DNA from: a virus
Lineage: Duplodnaviria > Heunggongvirae > Uroviricota > Caudoviricetes
Reading direction: 5' to 3' (one strand)
Length of the DNA: 64,000 bases
IMG/VR virus record: IMGVR_UViG_3300023171_000010
Span: 1 to 64,000 of that record
Shown piece after piece: positions 45,567-54,436 of this stretch; the stretch's first letter is position 1; each line of letters begins with the position of its first letter. The position numbers and the translations under genes are program-made. Under the pieces are notes generated by a model that searched no databases, was not told where the DNA came from, and was given only the letters and a program-made list of their open reading frames with translations.

Positions 45567-45761
45567 ATGGAATGGTTAATTGGTTTTGCTATGGGTATAG
45601 CTATTACACTGACATCGATGTATATAACGCTTGATCAAAATACTGTTGCAGTGTTGACTGATACCTGCGTATCCAATAAAGGTTTAGAGACGGCTGTTGT
45701 AGACACAGACTCATACAAGATTACTTGTAAAGATTCTGCTGTATTTAAAGTTAAAAAGTGA
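45567..45761 (+). CDS. small membrane protein
   Basis: 64 aa, one TM helix, AAGGAG RBS. Confidence 0.35.
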   Translation: MEWLIGFAMGIAITLTSMYITLDQNTVAVLTDTCVSNKGLETAVVDTDSYKITCKDSAVFKVKK

Positions 45762-45905
45762 GGAGACTAAAATGACCCTAAATGATATGGCAACAGAGCT
45801 TGGTGATGAAATGGAGGATTACTTGGTTTTGAACGATCATGACTTCGAAACAGACTCATCTTGGAGGATGGAACTCGATCTAGAATATGCTCAAGGGGAT
45901 TTTCA

Positions 45906-46199
45906 ATGACCGAAAAGAAACCTAAAGATATCGAAGTGGTGGTTGTCTCATTCACCGACTACACCTCATACGACTTCGTTGAACCTGGAAGTTTCTTTTC
46001 AATGAGTGCTATGCAAGACTATTATTTCTATAAGACAAGTGATAGGAAGTTGGCTCAGGATAAGTGTGATGAAATCTTTGGACCAAACCGTTATGTTGTG
46101 AAGACATCTAAGAACATTGTAAGCAAGTCGAAGCTGGAATCTGGAGGTCTATCAGCAACAGGCACTTCTTGTCGAAAAGGGCAGAAGGCCCCAAATTAA
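45906..46199 (+). CDS. hypothetical protein
   Basis: Start at internal ATG (MTEKKPKD...) after GGGG. Confidence 0.35.
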   Translation: MTEKKPKDIEVVVVSFTDYTSYDFVEPGSFFSMSAMQDYYFYKTSDRKLAQDKCDEIFGPNRYVVKTSKNIVSKSKLESGGLSATGTSCRKGQKAPN

Positions 46200-46211
46200 G
46201 AGGAAGAATAT

Positions 46212-46559
46212 ATGAATGACTTCAGTAGTATGGACTTAGCAGTTGATAAGTTATGTCAAAGTATGAAAAACACACCTGAACAGTGGACAATATCAACATA
46301 CCATGTTGATCACAAAATCTCAGGTATAAAATACTGGTTTGGTCTTACAGACACGATTACAGAGATTTGGAATGGTGACTCACGGGAAGAAGTCTTCAGT
46401 AGAGAGCAAGGCGATAAACTTTATTCAGCTATGATAGCAATGAAACAGAAGAATGGAAGTGAAGATCAGAAGAAAATTATTAACTCCATCTGCGTTGTAG
46501 ATATTTTAGAGGATAAAGTTGAAGCTAAAGAGAGTTGGTGGAGAAATATTTTCAATTAG
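46212..46559 (+). CDS. hypothetical protein
   Basis: 115 aa. Confidence 0.45.
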   Translation: MNDFSSMDLAVDKLCQSMKNTPEQWTISTYHVDHKISGIKYWFGLTDTITEIWNGDSREEVFSREQGDKLYSAMIAMKQKNGSEDQKKIINSICVVDILEDKVEAKESWWRNIFN

Positions 46560-46606
46560 CATTTTCAACAGATTATTTATTAAATTATCGTTTTAAAGGA
46601 GAGATT

Positions 46607-46825
46607 ATGATTTACGATATTGTTTACAAAGAGCAAGATCAGATGTTTCACATGGATGGTAAGGCTGAAACCTTCATTGGTAATCATCTAGAAAATATTT
46701 CTCGTGAACTTCGTATTAAAGAAGTGGATGATTGCTTGTCAGAGAGCCATATGCTGGCTGTACTGGAATCTAAAGGTATTATTGTGAATCTTCTTGAGGA
46801 AGATGGTTCTCGGATGGATTGGTAA
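46607..46825 (+). CDS. hypothetical protein
   Basis: AAGGAGAG RBS then ATG at 46607 (MIYDIVYKE...). Confidence 0.4.
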   Translation: MIYDIVYKEQDQMFHMDGKAETFIGNHLENISRELRIKEVDDCLSESHMLAVLESKGIIVNLLEEDGSRMDW

Positions 46826-46963
46826 ATGAAGGAGAAGTATGCTTTAGCACTAATGGATATGACCTGTAGATTTGGAGAAACCTCAGAGGCACAAAGATTA
46901 AAAGTTGGTGCAATGATCTATAAGAATGACTCTTGTATAAGCCTTGAGTTAAATCAAATATAA
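46826..46963 (+). pseudogene. 5' remnant of dCMP deaminase gene (duplicated N-terminus)
   Basis: 45 aa MKEKYALALMDMTCRFGETSEAQRLKVGAMIYKND... parallels the N-terminus of the intact deaminase at 47469 (AERLKVGAIAYKNG) and stops before the active-site motifs. Confidence 0.4.
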
Positions 46964-46975
46964 TCAGGAGAAAGC

Positions 46976-47479
46976 ATGACAGTTACACACAGAATGTCAG
47001 AAACAAAAGTTTATTTTGTTTGGTGGGATATGAAACGTAGATGTAATGCAGAGGACAGACCAACTTATGAAAACTACGGAGGTCGGGGTATTAGTTATCA
47101 AGATTCTTGGGATAAGTTTGAAGGCTTTTGGTCAGATATGGGGGACTCTTTCAAAGAAGGTTTGACTCTAGAAAGAAAAGATGTCAATGGAAACTATTGC
47201 AAAGAAAACTGTGAGTGGATACCTTTAGCGGAACAAGCTAAAAATAAAAGGGCTTACAAAAATAATAGTGTTGGGTTAGGGGGCTGCTGTTTGTTTCCAA
47301 GCCGAGGAAGACTTTATCTAAGGGCAAGGATTCAAGATTCTGAAACAAAGAAGAGAGTTAATAAACTTTTTAATTTAGCAAAAATTGATATTTCCGAGGC
47401 ATTAGTTCTTGCTGAAGAATGGTTGAAAGTTACTCGCCTGAAAATGGGCTACAAAGAGGGACACGGAAGTGAAGGATAA
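46976..47479 (+). CDS. freestanding homing-endonuclease-like protein (WxxMxxRC...YENYGGRGI family)
   Basis: 167 aa; this motif is recalled from phage proteins annotated as HNH/AP2 homing endonucleases; lies between the deaminase remnant and the intact deaminase. Confidence 0.45.
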   Translation: MTVTHRMSETKVYFVWWDMKRRCNAEDRPTYENYGGRGISYQDSWDKFEGFWSDMGDSFKEGLTLERKDVNGNYCKENCEWIPLAEQAKNKRAYKNNSVGLGGCCLFPSRGRLYLRARIQDSETKKRVNKLFNLAKIDISEALVLAEEWLKVTRLKMGYKEGHGSEG

Positions 47480-47873
47480 ACATATCCAGGCATGTATGAA
47501 ATGTGCCGAAGCTTGGGCTGATTGTTCTTCAGCAGAACGTCTTAAGGTGGGGGCGATTGCTTACAAGAATGGGCACATTATCGCAGAGGGTTATAATGGA
47601 CTACCAGTAGGAATGCGGGGGTCTTGTGAGGATGCCCATGGTAATACTAAAACTGAAGTTACTCATGCCGAAGATAATTTGCTGAGGAAGTTGACTCGGA
47701 GCACAGAAAGTAGTGTTGGAGCTTTTATCTTCATAACCCATGCCGCATGTAAAAGTTGCTCAATTAAAATTGTTGACGCAGGAATCACTAAAGTTTATTA
47801 TCGTAATGAATATCGTAGCACAGAGGGGCTTGACTACCTTCGTGCAAACAATATAGAAGTAATCAAAATTTAA
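47469..47873 (+). CDS. dCMP deaminase (CDA fold)
   Basis: HAEDN and PCKSC zinc-binding motifs; GTG start overlapping the upstream gene. Confidence 0.6.
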   Translation: MKDKHIQACMKCAEAWADCSSAERLKVGAIAYKNGHIIAEGYNGLPVGMRGSCEDAHGNTKTEVTHAEDNLLRKLTRSTESSVGAFIFITHAACKSCSIKIVDAGITKVYYRNEYRSTEGLDYLRANNIEVIKI

Positions 47874-47885
47874 AGGAGAACCTAG

Positions 47886-48296
47886 ATGACAGCTACAGAA
47901 AATATCCTTCTACCAGAAGAAATCATTGACACATATAAGCTTCAATTTAAATCCTTAACAGAGTTCATGCGTGGACTTAATTATGAATATGAAGGTCGTC
48001 TATTCGGTTCACCACACTTCGTAAGCTATGATTACGAGAATAAGGCTCGTAAGAGTATTTCTGTGCACACAGCTTGTCTTTTGCACAATGGCGCCTATAC
48101 CGACTGGCATGGTAAAGGCTTCAAAGCACCTTTTGACTTCAGCCACTATAAAATCCGTAAAGCTAAAGCTGCCAAGATTGTAAATATTGTGAACATCCAA
48201 TTGAACAAGAAAACTGGACACATCCGCACTACAAGCAATCTTGTAAACTTTGTAGACAAGGCTTATGAATACATGCTTTATTCTAAATATCTGTAA
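47886..48296 (+). CDS. hypothetical protein
   Basis: 136 aa, AAGGAGAA RBS. Confidence 0.45.
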   Translation: MTATENILLPEEIIDTYKLQFKSLTEFMRGLNYEYEGRLFGSPHFVSYDYENKARKSISVHTACLLHNGAYTDWHGKGFKAPFDFSHYKIRKAKAAKIVNIVNIQLNKKTGHIRTTSNLVNFVDKAYEYMLYSKYL

Positions 48297-48305
48297 GGAG
48301 TATTT

Positions 48306-48503
48306 ATGTCTAGGGATCGTATCTACGTGTTTCAAAATGCATGGTGCTGGGCCTGTGAGTACAGTGTTGCCACTCACAGTAAATTTGGAAAGTATCAGGA
48401 AGTAGTATTAGGCTTCGGATGGAATGACCGTGAAGTAAGTGAGATGGTTTGTAGCTTACTTGAGGAAAATAGTCTTGAACTATTCTGTGAGACAAATCAA
48501 TAG
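48306..48503 (+). CDS. hypothetical protein
   Basis: 65 aa, AAGGAG RBS. Confidence 0.35.
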   Translation: MSRDRIYVFQNAWCWACEYSVATHSKFGKYQEVVLGFGWNDREVSEMVCSLLEENSLELFCETNQ

Positions 48504-48512
48504 AAATTTATA

Positions 48513-48547
48513 GAGCAGCTAGTCCTTGAGATTGGCTGCTCTTTTTG
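48513..48547 (+). terminator. rho-independent terminator
   Basis: GAGCAGC...GCTGCTC 7-bp stem followed by TTTTTGTT. Confidence 0.5.
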
Positions 48548-48584
48548 TTAATATGGATTTATAAATTAAATGGGAGGCTTTTGA

Positions 48585-48776
48585 GTGAACAAACAACAGC
48601 TAGAGAAACAAATGAAATTACTTCATAAAGAACTTTGCTCTGTAGACAAACGTTGCAAGCGCATAGCCAAAGCTTGTGACATTCCACCAAATGATATTAT
48701 TTCATGGGCTGTACAACAGACAGAGGAAGTATTACAGTACATTGAAGCGCTGAAGGAGAAAGATAATGTTTCTTAA
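48585..48776 (+). CDS. hypothetical protein
   Basis: 63 aa, GGGAGG RBS. Confidence 0.4.
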   Translation: MNKQQLEKQMKLLHKELCSVDKRCKRIAKACDIPPNDIISWAVQQTEEVLQYIEALKEKDNVS

Positions 48777-49431
48777 GAAGTTTGAACAGAACACACAAGG
48801 TAAGGACTATGTTGTTGGGGACATTCACGGCTGTTTTACTAAGCTTAAACTAGCTTTAGAACAAATAGGATTTGATGAGAAAGTTGACCGACTATTCAGC
48901 GTAGGTGATTTAGTTGACCGTGGACCTGAATCAGAAGAGTTTTGGGATTGGCTGCGCAAGTCTTGGTTTCACTCTGTGCGGGGTAATCACGAGCAAATGG
49001 TTATTGACTCTGTAGAGGCAGGTAATGAGAGTAATGCTTGCGGAAATCATGCAATCAACGGTGGACTATGGCTTTACGGGCTACCTCTTGTAGAGCAACA
49101 GTGCTATACTCTTGAGATGAAAGAGCTTCCTATTGCTATTGAGGTTGAAACCAAGGATGGTTTAATTGGTATCATTCATGCAGAATGTCCTCTTGGTGAT
49201 TGGGATCTTTTTAAGTCGATGTACGAGGCAAATAAGGACAGATTCGAAGCTGTAAGCATGTGGGCACGTACAAAGATTGAACACAAAGATAAAAGTCTTG
49301 TAAAAGGTCTTCATAAGCTGTATGTTGGTCATACTCCGATGAATGAGAGTGAAGAATTAGGGAATGTTGTTTATACTGACACGGGAGCTTGTTTCAGAGG
49401 TGGTAAGTTTACAATTCTACAAATTAACTAA
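48766..49431 (+). CDS. Ser/Thr protein phosphatase (lambda PPase-like metallophosphoesterase)
   Basis: GDIHG, GDLVDRG and GNHE motifs. Confidence 0.65.
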   Translation: MFLKKFEQNTQGKDYVVGDIHGCFTKLKLALEQIGFDEKVDRLFSVGDLVDRGPESEEFWDWLRKSWFHSVRGNHEQMVIDSVEAGNESNACGNHAINGGLWLYGLPLVEQQCYTLEMKELPIAIEVETKDGLIGIIHAECPLGDWDLFKSMYEANKDRFEAVSMWARTKIEHKDKSLVKGLHKLYVGHTPMNESEELGNVVYTDTGACFRGGKFTILQIN

Positions 49432-49465
49432 GTCTCGCTGAGGAAGCCCCTCAAGGACAAACCAA

Positions 49466-49750
49466 ATGAACAATTCTTCTGTAAAGCTTATCCTGACAAT
49501 ATCTTTGACTGTTGTGATAACAGGCTGTACAATTGCCCCGCCAAAGCAGAATGTTATCATCACATCGCCAATGTATAACAAATGGCATGATGCTGTGTTC
49601 AAGGAATGTCAATCTAAAGCTTGGGATGTTACACGAGAGCTTGTGATTGAGAAGTCTAAGGAAGGGTATAGCTTTACAGAAGAAACAGTTAGGGATATTC
49701 ATAGCTATCTTGTTAAGAAATGTTCTATGAATAGCGGTATCACCATATAA
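49466..49750 (+). CDS. small lipoprotein
   Basis: Signal peptide with lipobox VITGC. Confidence 0.45.
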   Translation: MNNSSVKLILTISLTVVITGCTIAPPKQNVIITSPMYNKWHDAVFKECQSKAWDVTRELVIEKSKEGYSFTEETVRDIHSYLVKKCSMNSGITI

Positions 49751-49953
49751 GGATTAGAAATGAAAAACACTACAGATTTATACTTTTTTAGAAATTGCAG
49801 AAAGTACCTAGAGCTGTCCCTTGCTAATTTAAAAGCTACTGGCAAGCTTAGTAAAATTGAACAGCAGCTAGAGTTTATGATTGATGGATTAGATGAATAT
49901 ATTAGTCTAAAAATCGATGAAGATGAATTACAGAGTCGATATGGAGATTTGAA

Positions 49954-50298
49954 ATGACACACCTAGTGCCAATAACTGAACAACAAAGGGAAGAAATTAA
50001 ACAGAAGCGTATAGAGGCTCAAGAATATGCCAAGGCTAATCTGAAGCTAGATTACGCTGACTCTGGATACTGGTCCGAAATTGCTTCAAAATATAAGCTA
50101 ACCATGCCGCATTGGTACATCCCAGCATCAGCTACAAAGTACATGCGTCGAGCTTGCAAGAAGACTGGAGTAGATATGGAGGCGTTTATCGAGTCAACGG
50201 GTTTTACTAATCTAAATCAGCTTGTAAATGCTAATCCTACATGGACTGCGGCAGCTATGGTGGGGTTAGTGCTTGAATTTTCGCAGCAAAATGCATAG
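49954..50298 (+). CDS. hypothetical protein
   Basis: 114 aa. Confidence 0.45.
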   Translation: MTHLVPITEQQREEIKQKRIEAQEYAKANLKLDYADSGYWSEIASKYKLTMPHWYIPASATKYMRRACKKTGVDMEAFIESTGFTNLNQLVNANPTWTAAAMVGLVLEFSQQNA

Positions 50299-50416
50299 TT
50301 ATGCGGAGTTTTAGTATGTTGCAGACGTTTTAACAGCAAAGTGGTTGCATTCTATAGGTTCGTATGATACACTATGTTTTTTATATGAATTTTACCGATT
50401 GTTTTAGGAGAGAAAT

Positions 50417-50608
50417 ATGTTATTTATAATCTATGTTGTAGGATTTACCCTCACGCTCTACACAGACGCTCTGTGTTGTGTCTCTGTAGGACATAAATTC
50501 AACTTGAAAGCAAGCTGTGTAGCTGCTATCTTTTGGGTTGTCACTGTCCCGCTGATTATTTATGCTGCATACAAGCATGGTGCTGAGAATGTCAAGGACA
50601 AGCCATAA
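50417..50608 (+). CDS. small membrane protein
   Basis: 63 aa, two hydrophobic helices, AGGAGAG RBS. Confidence 0.4.
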   Translation: MLFIIYVVGFTLTLYTDALCCVSVGHKFNLKASCVAAIFWVVTVPLIIYAAYKHGAENVKDKP

Positions 50609-50817
50609 TGATCAAATCACACGAAGAGCAATTCCAGACATTCCTATCCCTTGCACAGTCTTGGGGGATGGATGTGGAGCTACACCCTACATTGGATAAA
50701 TACTTCCAGCATCCTGGGACACAAGATTGTTGGATGATGTTCACCAATGGTTATTGGAAGGGTGTATTTGATGCTGACACTGAACGACGAGAGAAGGGGA
50801 TTTATTATGCTAACTAA
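50608..50817 (+). CDS. hypothetical protein
   Basis: 69 aa, ATGA overlap. Confidence 0.4.
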   Translation: MIKSHEEQFQTFLSLAQSWGMDVELHPTLDKYFQHPGTQDCWMMFTNGYWKGVFDADTERREKGIYYAN

Positions 50818-50959
50818 ATATAACCTACTTTGTTGTGTAGCTTTTCTGTTTGCAGGATTTGCAGATTTTCCTGGGAACTGGAGTATTATTTATATGTGGA
50901 TCGGTGCTGTGGGGATTCTTGCATATTACGAACAAACTAAAAGGGAAGAACTAAAATGA
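50807..50959 (+). CDS. small membrane protein
   Basis: Internal start (MLTKYNLL...) chosen; the track's 5' extension overlaps the upstream gene. Confidence 0.3.
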   Translation: MLTKYNLLCCVAFLFAGFADFPGNWSIIYMWIGAVGILAYYEQTKREELK

Positions 50960-51192
50960 GCAACCATATCAAAGTACGTACAATTAACGGAGTGGTATCA
51001 TTCTACACAGCAAAAGATGGAGTTGTGTTGAAATCAATCTCATCTATTCGCTTTGCAGATGTTGAGAATGCTGTATTTAGTATTGTTAAGAAAGATGGAG
51101 AGTATTATACATACCTTCCACAGCGAGATATGCAGCTTGTGAAGCTTGTTGACGCTATCGAGAAGGGCTATATTTTGTTTAAGGTTAGTTGA
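50956..51192 (+). CDS. hypothetical protein
   Basis: 78 aa, ATGA overlap. Confidence 0.4.
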   Translation: MSNHIKVRTINGVVSFYTAKDGVVLKSISSIRFADVENAVFSIVKKDGEYYTYLPQRDMQLVKLVDAIEKGYILFKVS

Positions 51193-51199
51193 TAATAAC

Positions 51200-51388
51200 A
51201 TGACAAGAGAAGAATTTATTATAAACTTCCTAAGTGCTGAAGGCATTATTGTACCATCAGAAAGCGCAGATGTCAGAGTTGTGCTAACACTAATCGGAAG
51301 TATTTATGATCAACAACAGATGATTGAATATCTGGATAACAGAGTGATAGATCTTGAGCGTATATTATATAGTACACACAACGATTGA
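51200..51388 (+). CDS. hypothetical protein
   Basis: Start at MTREEF... after the stop of the upstream gene. Confidence 0.35.
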   Translation: MTREEFIINFLSAEGIIVPSESADVRVVLTLIGSIYDQQQMIEYLDNRVIDLERILYSTHND

Positions 51389-51457
51389 ATCTAATACAAT
51401 GCATTTCTACACAAATACTAGGTTTTGCATTGTATACCAAACAATTTAGGAGAGAAA

Positions 51458-51757
51458 ATGTTAGTTAAAATGACTGCTGGTCAGATTCGTGAGATAAAGC
51501 CTTACAGATACTTCTTTCTTGGTACAGAAGATATGCCCAATTTAGAAGATTTTGAATTTGTCTTTTCAAACAGGAACGCATACAAGATAAATATCTATAC
51601 TGGTGAAACAGTTAAATATTACTATGATGGGGTGTTTCATAACTATGCTGAGTCTGTCAAGGGCTTAGAGGATGACATGGAAGTGTTAGTTGATCCTAAA
51701 GTGTACACCACTTGGAAGGATACAAAAGACAAGGAGAATTACTCTGTCAAAGCGTGA
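51458..51757 (+). CDS. hypothetical protein
   Basis: AGGAGAGAAA RBS then ATG at 51458. Confidence 0.4.
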   Translation: MLVKMTAGQIREIKPYRYFFLGTEDMPNLEDFEFVFSNRNAYKINIYTGETVKYYYDGVFHNYAESVKGLEDDMEVLVDPKVYTTWKDTKDKENYSVKA

Positions 51758-51944
51758 CCTACCACAACCGAGTGTTCCAGCCTACTACAGAAAGCTAGCA
51801 GCTTCACTTAAACCTAACTGTCCAGATACACCCCTTCTAGCAAGTCAATATTTAAAATATGCTGATGATTATCAGAAAGAAGAGGAAAGATTGCTGTACA
51901 AATGGAAGAAGGCTAGCTATAATCGTGGGAAGAAATTTAAATAG
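51690..51944 (+). CDS. hypothetical basic protein (start uncertain)
   Basis: 84-aa ORF overlapping the upstream gene by 68 nt; true start unclear. Confidence 0.25.
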   Translation: MILKCTPLGRIQKTRRITLSKRDLPQPSVPAYYRKLAASLKPNCPDTPLLASQYLKYADDYQKEEERLLYKWKKASYNRGKKFK

Positions 51945-51953
51945 GAGAATATC

Positions 51954-52343
51954 TTGATAATTGAATACCATAAAATCCTATCCTCCCCAACGTGCAGACG
52001 TTATCCAGAGAAGATATTTATATTTGGTGATAACCTAAAAGCATTTGGTAAGGGCGGGCAAGCTGTCATCAGAGATGAGCCTAATGCATTTGGTATTCCA
52101 ACTAAACGATATCCGTCTTGGGATGATTGGGCATTCTTTAGTGATCAGCCTGAAGAGATTGAGGCTGTAAAGGAATCGTTACGTAAACTATATAAGATCG
52201 CACAATGTAAAGTAATTGTATTCCCTGAAGATGGTATTGGGACTGGTAGGGCTATGATGAAAGAAAAGAGTCCTGTTGCTTATCAAGTGATGTGTGATAT
52301 ACTTCAGGAGCATTTTGGTATTGTTAATGGGAGAGAATTATGA
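51954..52343 (+). CDS. hypothetical protein (conserved GDN...GKGGQA...GIPTK motif)
   Basis: 129 aa; the motif suggests a small hydrolase or nucleotide-binding fold; not assigned. Confidence 0.4.
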   Translation: MIIEYHKILSSPTCRRYPEKIFIFGDNLKAFGKGGQAVIRDEPNAFGIPTKRYPSWDDWAFFSDQPEEIEAVKESLRKLYKIAQCKVIVFPEDGIGTGRAMMKEKSPVAYQVMCDILQEHFGIVNGREL

Positions 52344-52510
52344 AGCCAGAACCACCTAACCCACCACTAATGCGTGTAGGGTGTAATCGACATGCATGTC
52401 CAATGTGTGGGAGTGGTATGAAACCTTACTTGGGAATGTTAGGCAGTCTATTCAATGTTTCCAAAGGTTGCTATCAATCTGAGTGTGAGAATTATTGGAG
52501 GAGTAAATGA
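52340..52510 (+). CDS. zinc-ribbon small protein
   Basis: 56-aa ORF read directly from the sequence, CNRHACPMCG...C...C. Confidence 0.3.
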   Translation: MKPEPPNPPLMRVGCNRHACPMCGSGMKPYLGMLGSLFNVSKGCYQSECENYWRSK

Positions 52511-52637
52511 GCAATGTCGACAAAGAACTTAGGAAACTACGAGAAGAGTTACGTGTAGAACTTCTTCCTAAATACTTGACACCAGAACAGCAGAAAAGGC
52601 TGTTGAAAGCTTACATGGAAGACTTGAAGGACGAAGA

Positions 52638-52943
52638 ATGACTATGACACACTCAGAGCTTTGCCTTATTGCAGAGAAATTCTTAGTTAAAAACGGATTT
52701 GGTGTTGTCTTTCATGATAAATTCAAAGCATCAACAACATCTGGAGAACAACCAGACTGTTTAGGGTTTCGTAATAGAGTGTCGTGTCTAATTGAGTGTA
52801 AAACATCCAGAAGTGACTTCCTCGTAGATCGTAGAAAGAAGTTTAGGCTTGATCCAAGTATTGGACTAGGCGATTGGAGGTTCTTTCTAATACCTATCGG
52901 ATTGATCACACAAGATGAGCTGCCTACCGGTTGGGGCTACTAG
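52638..52943 (+). CDS. PD-(D/E)XK-family nuclease-like protein
   Basis: QPDCLGF ... LIECKTS matches a PD...(D/E)xK core. Confidence 0.45.
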   Translation: MTMTHSELCLIAEKFLVKNGFGVVFHDKFKASTTSGEQPDCLGFRNRVSCLIECKTSRSDFLVDRRKKFRLDPSIGLGDWRFFLIPIGLITQDELPTGWGY

Positions 52944-53128
52944 AGACTGATGGTAAGCGTGTCAAGAAAGTGGTAGGGTGGCCTACAAACACAGACTGGA
53001 TAGGTGGTAAACCATTCACAGGTGATAAACAAGGTGAATGTGATTACATGTACAGTGCTTTACGTAGGATGGTGATACGTGGACACTTTAAAGAAGTTTA
53101 TGAGGGACTACCGAAGGAGTTGAAATGA
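52931..53128 (+). CDS. hypothetical protein
   Basis: 65 aa. Confidence 0.35.
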   Translation: MGLLETDGKRVKKVVGWPTNTDWIGGKPFTGDKQGECDYMYSALRRMVIRGHFKEVYEGLPKELK

Positions 53129-53361
53129 ATATCACACTAGAACATCGTATGCAAAACGTAGAAGATGAACTAAAACAACTTCGCAAAGAAATGGAAGAGA
53201 GTGTTGCGCGGTATAAAAGACTTGGATGGTTGAGTCAAGAAAAACCTAAGTATGATATTACTCGTGAAACGAAGTGTCTGTGGGATAGCATTCCTGTAGA
53301 AGATCGTATGAAGCCTATGGGTTTGAGTTGTTCGTGTCGCAAGTGTTCGGCTTATTGTTGA
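53125..53361 (+). CDS. hypothetical protein (coiled coil + C-terminal CxC..C)
   Basis: 78 aa, ATGA overlap. Confidence 0.4.
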   Translation: MNITLEHRMQNVEDELKQLRKEMEESVARYKRLGWLSQEKPKYDITRETKCLWDSIPVEDRMKPMGLSCSCRKCSAYC

Positions 53362-53375
53362 GGAAGGGCTTATTA

Positions 53376-53567
53376 ATGAGTAAAGAAGATTTGATAATGT
53401 TGTCTGAAATCGGATCTATGTCTGAGTGTCTACGTTGGGCACTGCATTCAACATCCTATGCACAGACACAAAGTAGTGAAGGATTTGATAAGGTTGACAG
53501 ACTACAAGATGCTTATGTTATTCTCCATGAAGTGTATTTAGAGGCTAAAGCATATGAAGCTGACTGA
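53376..53567 (+). CDS. hypothetical protein
   Basis: Internal ATG chosen (MSKEDLIM...). Confidence 0.35.
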   Translation: MSKEDLIMLSEIGSMSECLRWALHSTSYAQTQSSEGFDKVDRLQDAYVILHEVYLEAKAYEAD

Positions 53568-53787
53568 AACGGACTATGAAGACCTTGAGGATGTAGAATA
53601 CTTCAGGCTTCTGTATAAAAGCTTAGATGAGCAATCAAAGATTGACGTGCTAATGATCCTTGAAGATAGGAGTGGATTACGAGGCTGGCAATTGAATATT
53701 GTTGCTGATTACTGCAAGATAGAAAGAGATGTAGAGGTAGATGATATGTGGTGGATCGCTCACGGTCTACCAATACCAAAGGAGTAG
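53554..53787 (+). CDS. hypothetical acidic protein
   Basis: 77 aa. Confidence 0.4.
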   Translation: MKLTETDYEDLEDVEYFRLLYKSLDEQSKIDVLMILEDRSGLRGWQLNIVADYCKIERDVEVDDMWWIAHGLPIPKE

Positions 53788-53789
53788 AT

Positions 53790-54041
53790 ATGAAAATTGC
53801 AAGTATTGATGAATGGGGTGAACATGAGTCTGAAGCTTCTTTGTTCTACTATGATTATCGGATTCCTTTTGAAGAGTTTATGAGATGGGAGTGGTCAAAA
53901 CCCGATTTAGAGTGGGATGAAGTATCTAAGATGTATATGAGCCTAGATACTAATATAAAATTTAACTCATTTATGATTGGCTGTATGTTTGCTGAGCATC
54001 GAGTTGATATGTGGCACAAGGATAAAAACAAACATGAGTGA
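53790..54041 (+). CDS. hypothetical protein
   Basis: AAGGAG RBS then ATG at 53790 (MKIASIDEW...). Confidence 0.4.
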   Translation: MKIASIDEWGEHESEASLFYYDYRIPFEEFMRWEWSKPDLEWDEVSKMYMSLDTNIKFNSFMIGCMFAEHRVDMWHKDKNKHE

Positions 54042-54157
54042 AGACTGCCAGAACTGCGGAACAATGATGTGGCTATTAGATTCTGAAGGCTTGTGTCCAG
54101 CCTGTAATGGTCTTGGCTTTGATGAAGATGGTGAACCTGTGTATGAGGAAGAATGAA
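54038..54157 (+). CDS. mini zinc-ribbon protein
   Basis: 39 aa, CQNCG...CPAC; read directly from the sequence. Confidence 0.3.
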
Positions 54158-54278
54158 AGAACTTACATGCTTCAAATGCTACCACAAAGGAATTCCTAAA
54201 CCTTATTGGAAAGGAGGTAATTACATGGTTTGGTACAAGGGTTGTGAGAAGTGTTCTAGTGGGGTGTTTATTGAATGA
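54153..54278 (+). CDS. mini zinc-ribbon protein
   Basis: 41 aa, CFKC...CEKC; read directly from the sequence. Confidence 0.3.
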   Translation: MKELTCFKCYHKGIPKPYWKGGNYMVWYKGCEKCSSGVFIE

Positions 54279-54436
54279 GAATTTATATCGTTGTAGAAGT
54301 AGAAAGGGACTCAATGTCTCGCACTAACTGTGGAGTGTACCTCACAGAGAAAGAAGCTGAAGATCACCTAGAGGAAGTGGATGAGTGTGCAGGAGGATCT
54401 ACTTTAGATTGGGAAATTGAGGAGTGGGATGTATGA
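54275..54436 (+). CDS. small acidic protein
   Basis: 53-aa ORF read directly from the sequence, ATGA overlap. Confidence 0.3.
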   Translation: MRIYIVVEVERDSMSRTNCGVYLTEKEAEDHLEEVDECAGGSTLDWEIEEWDV

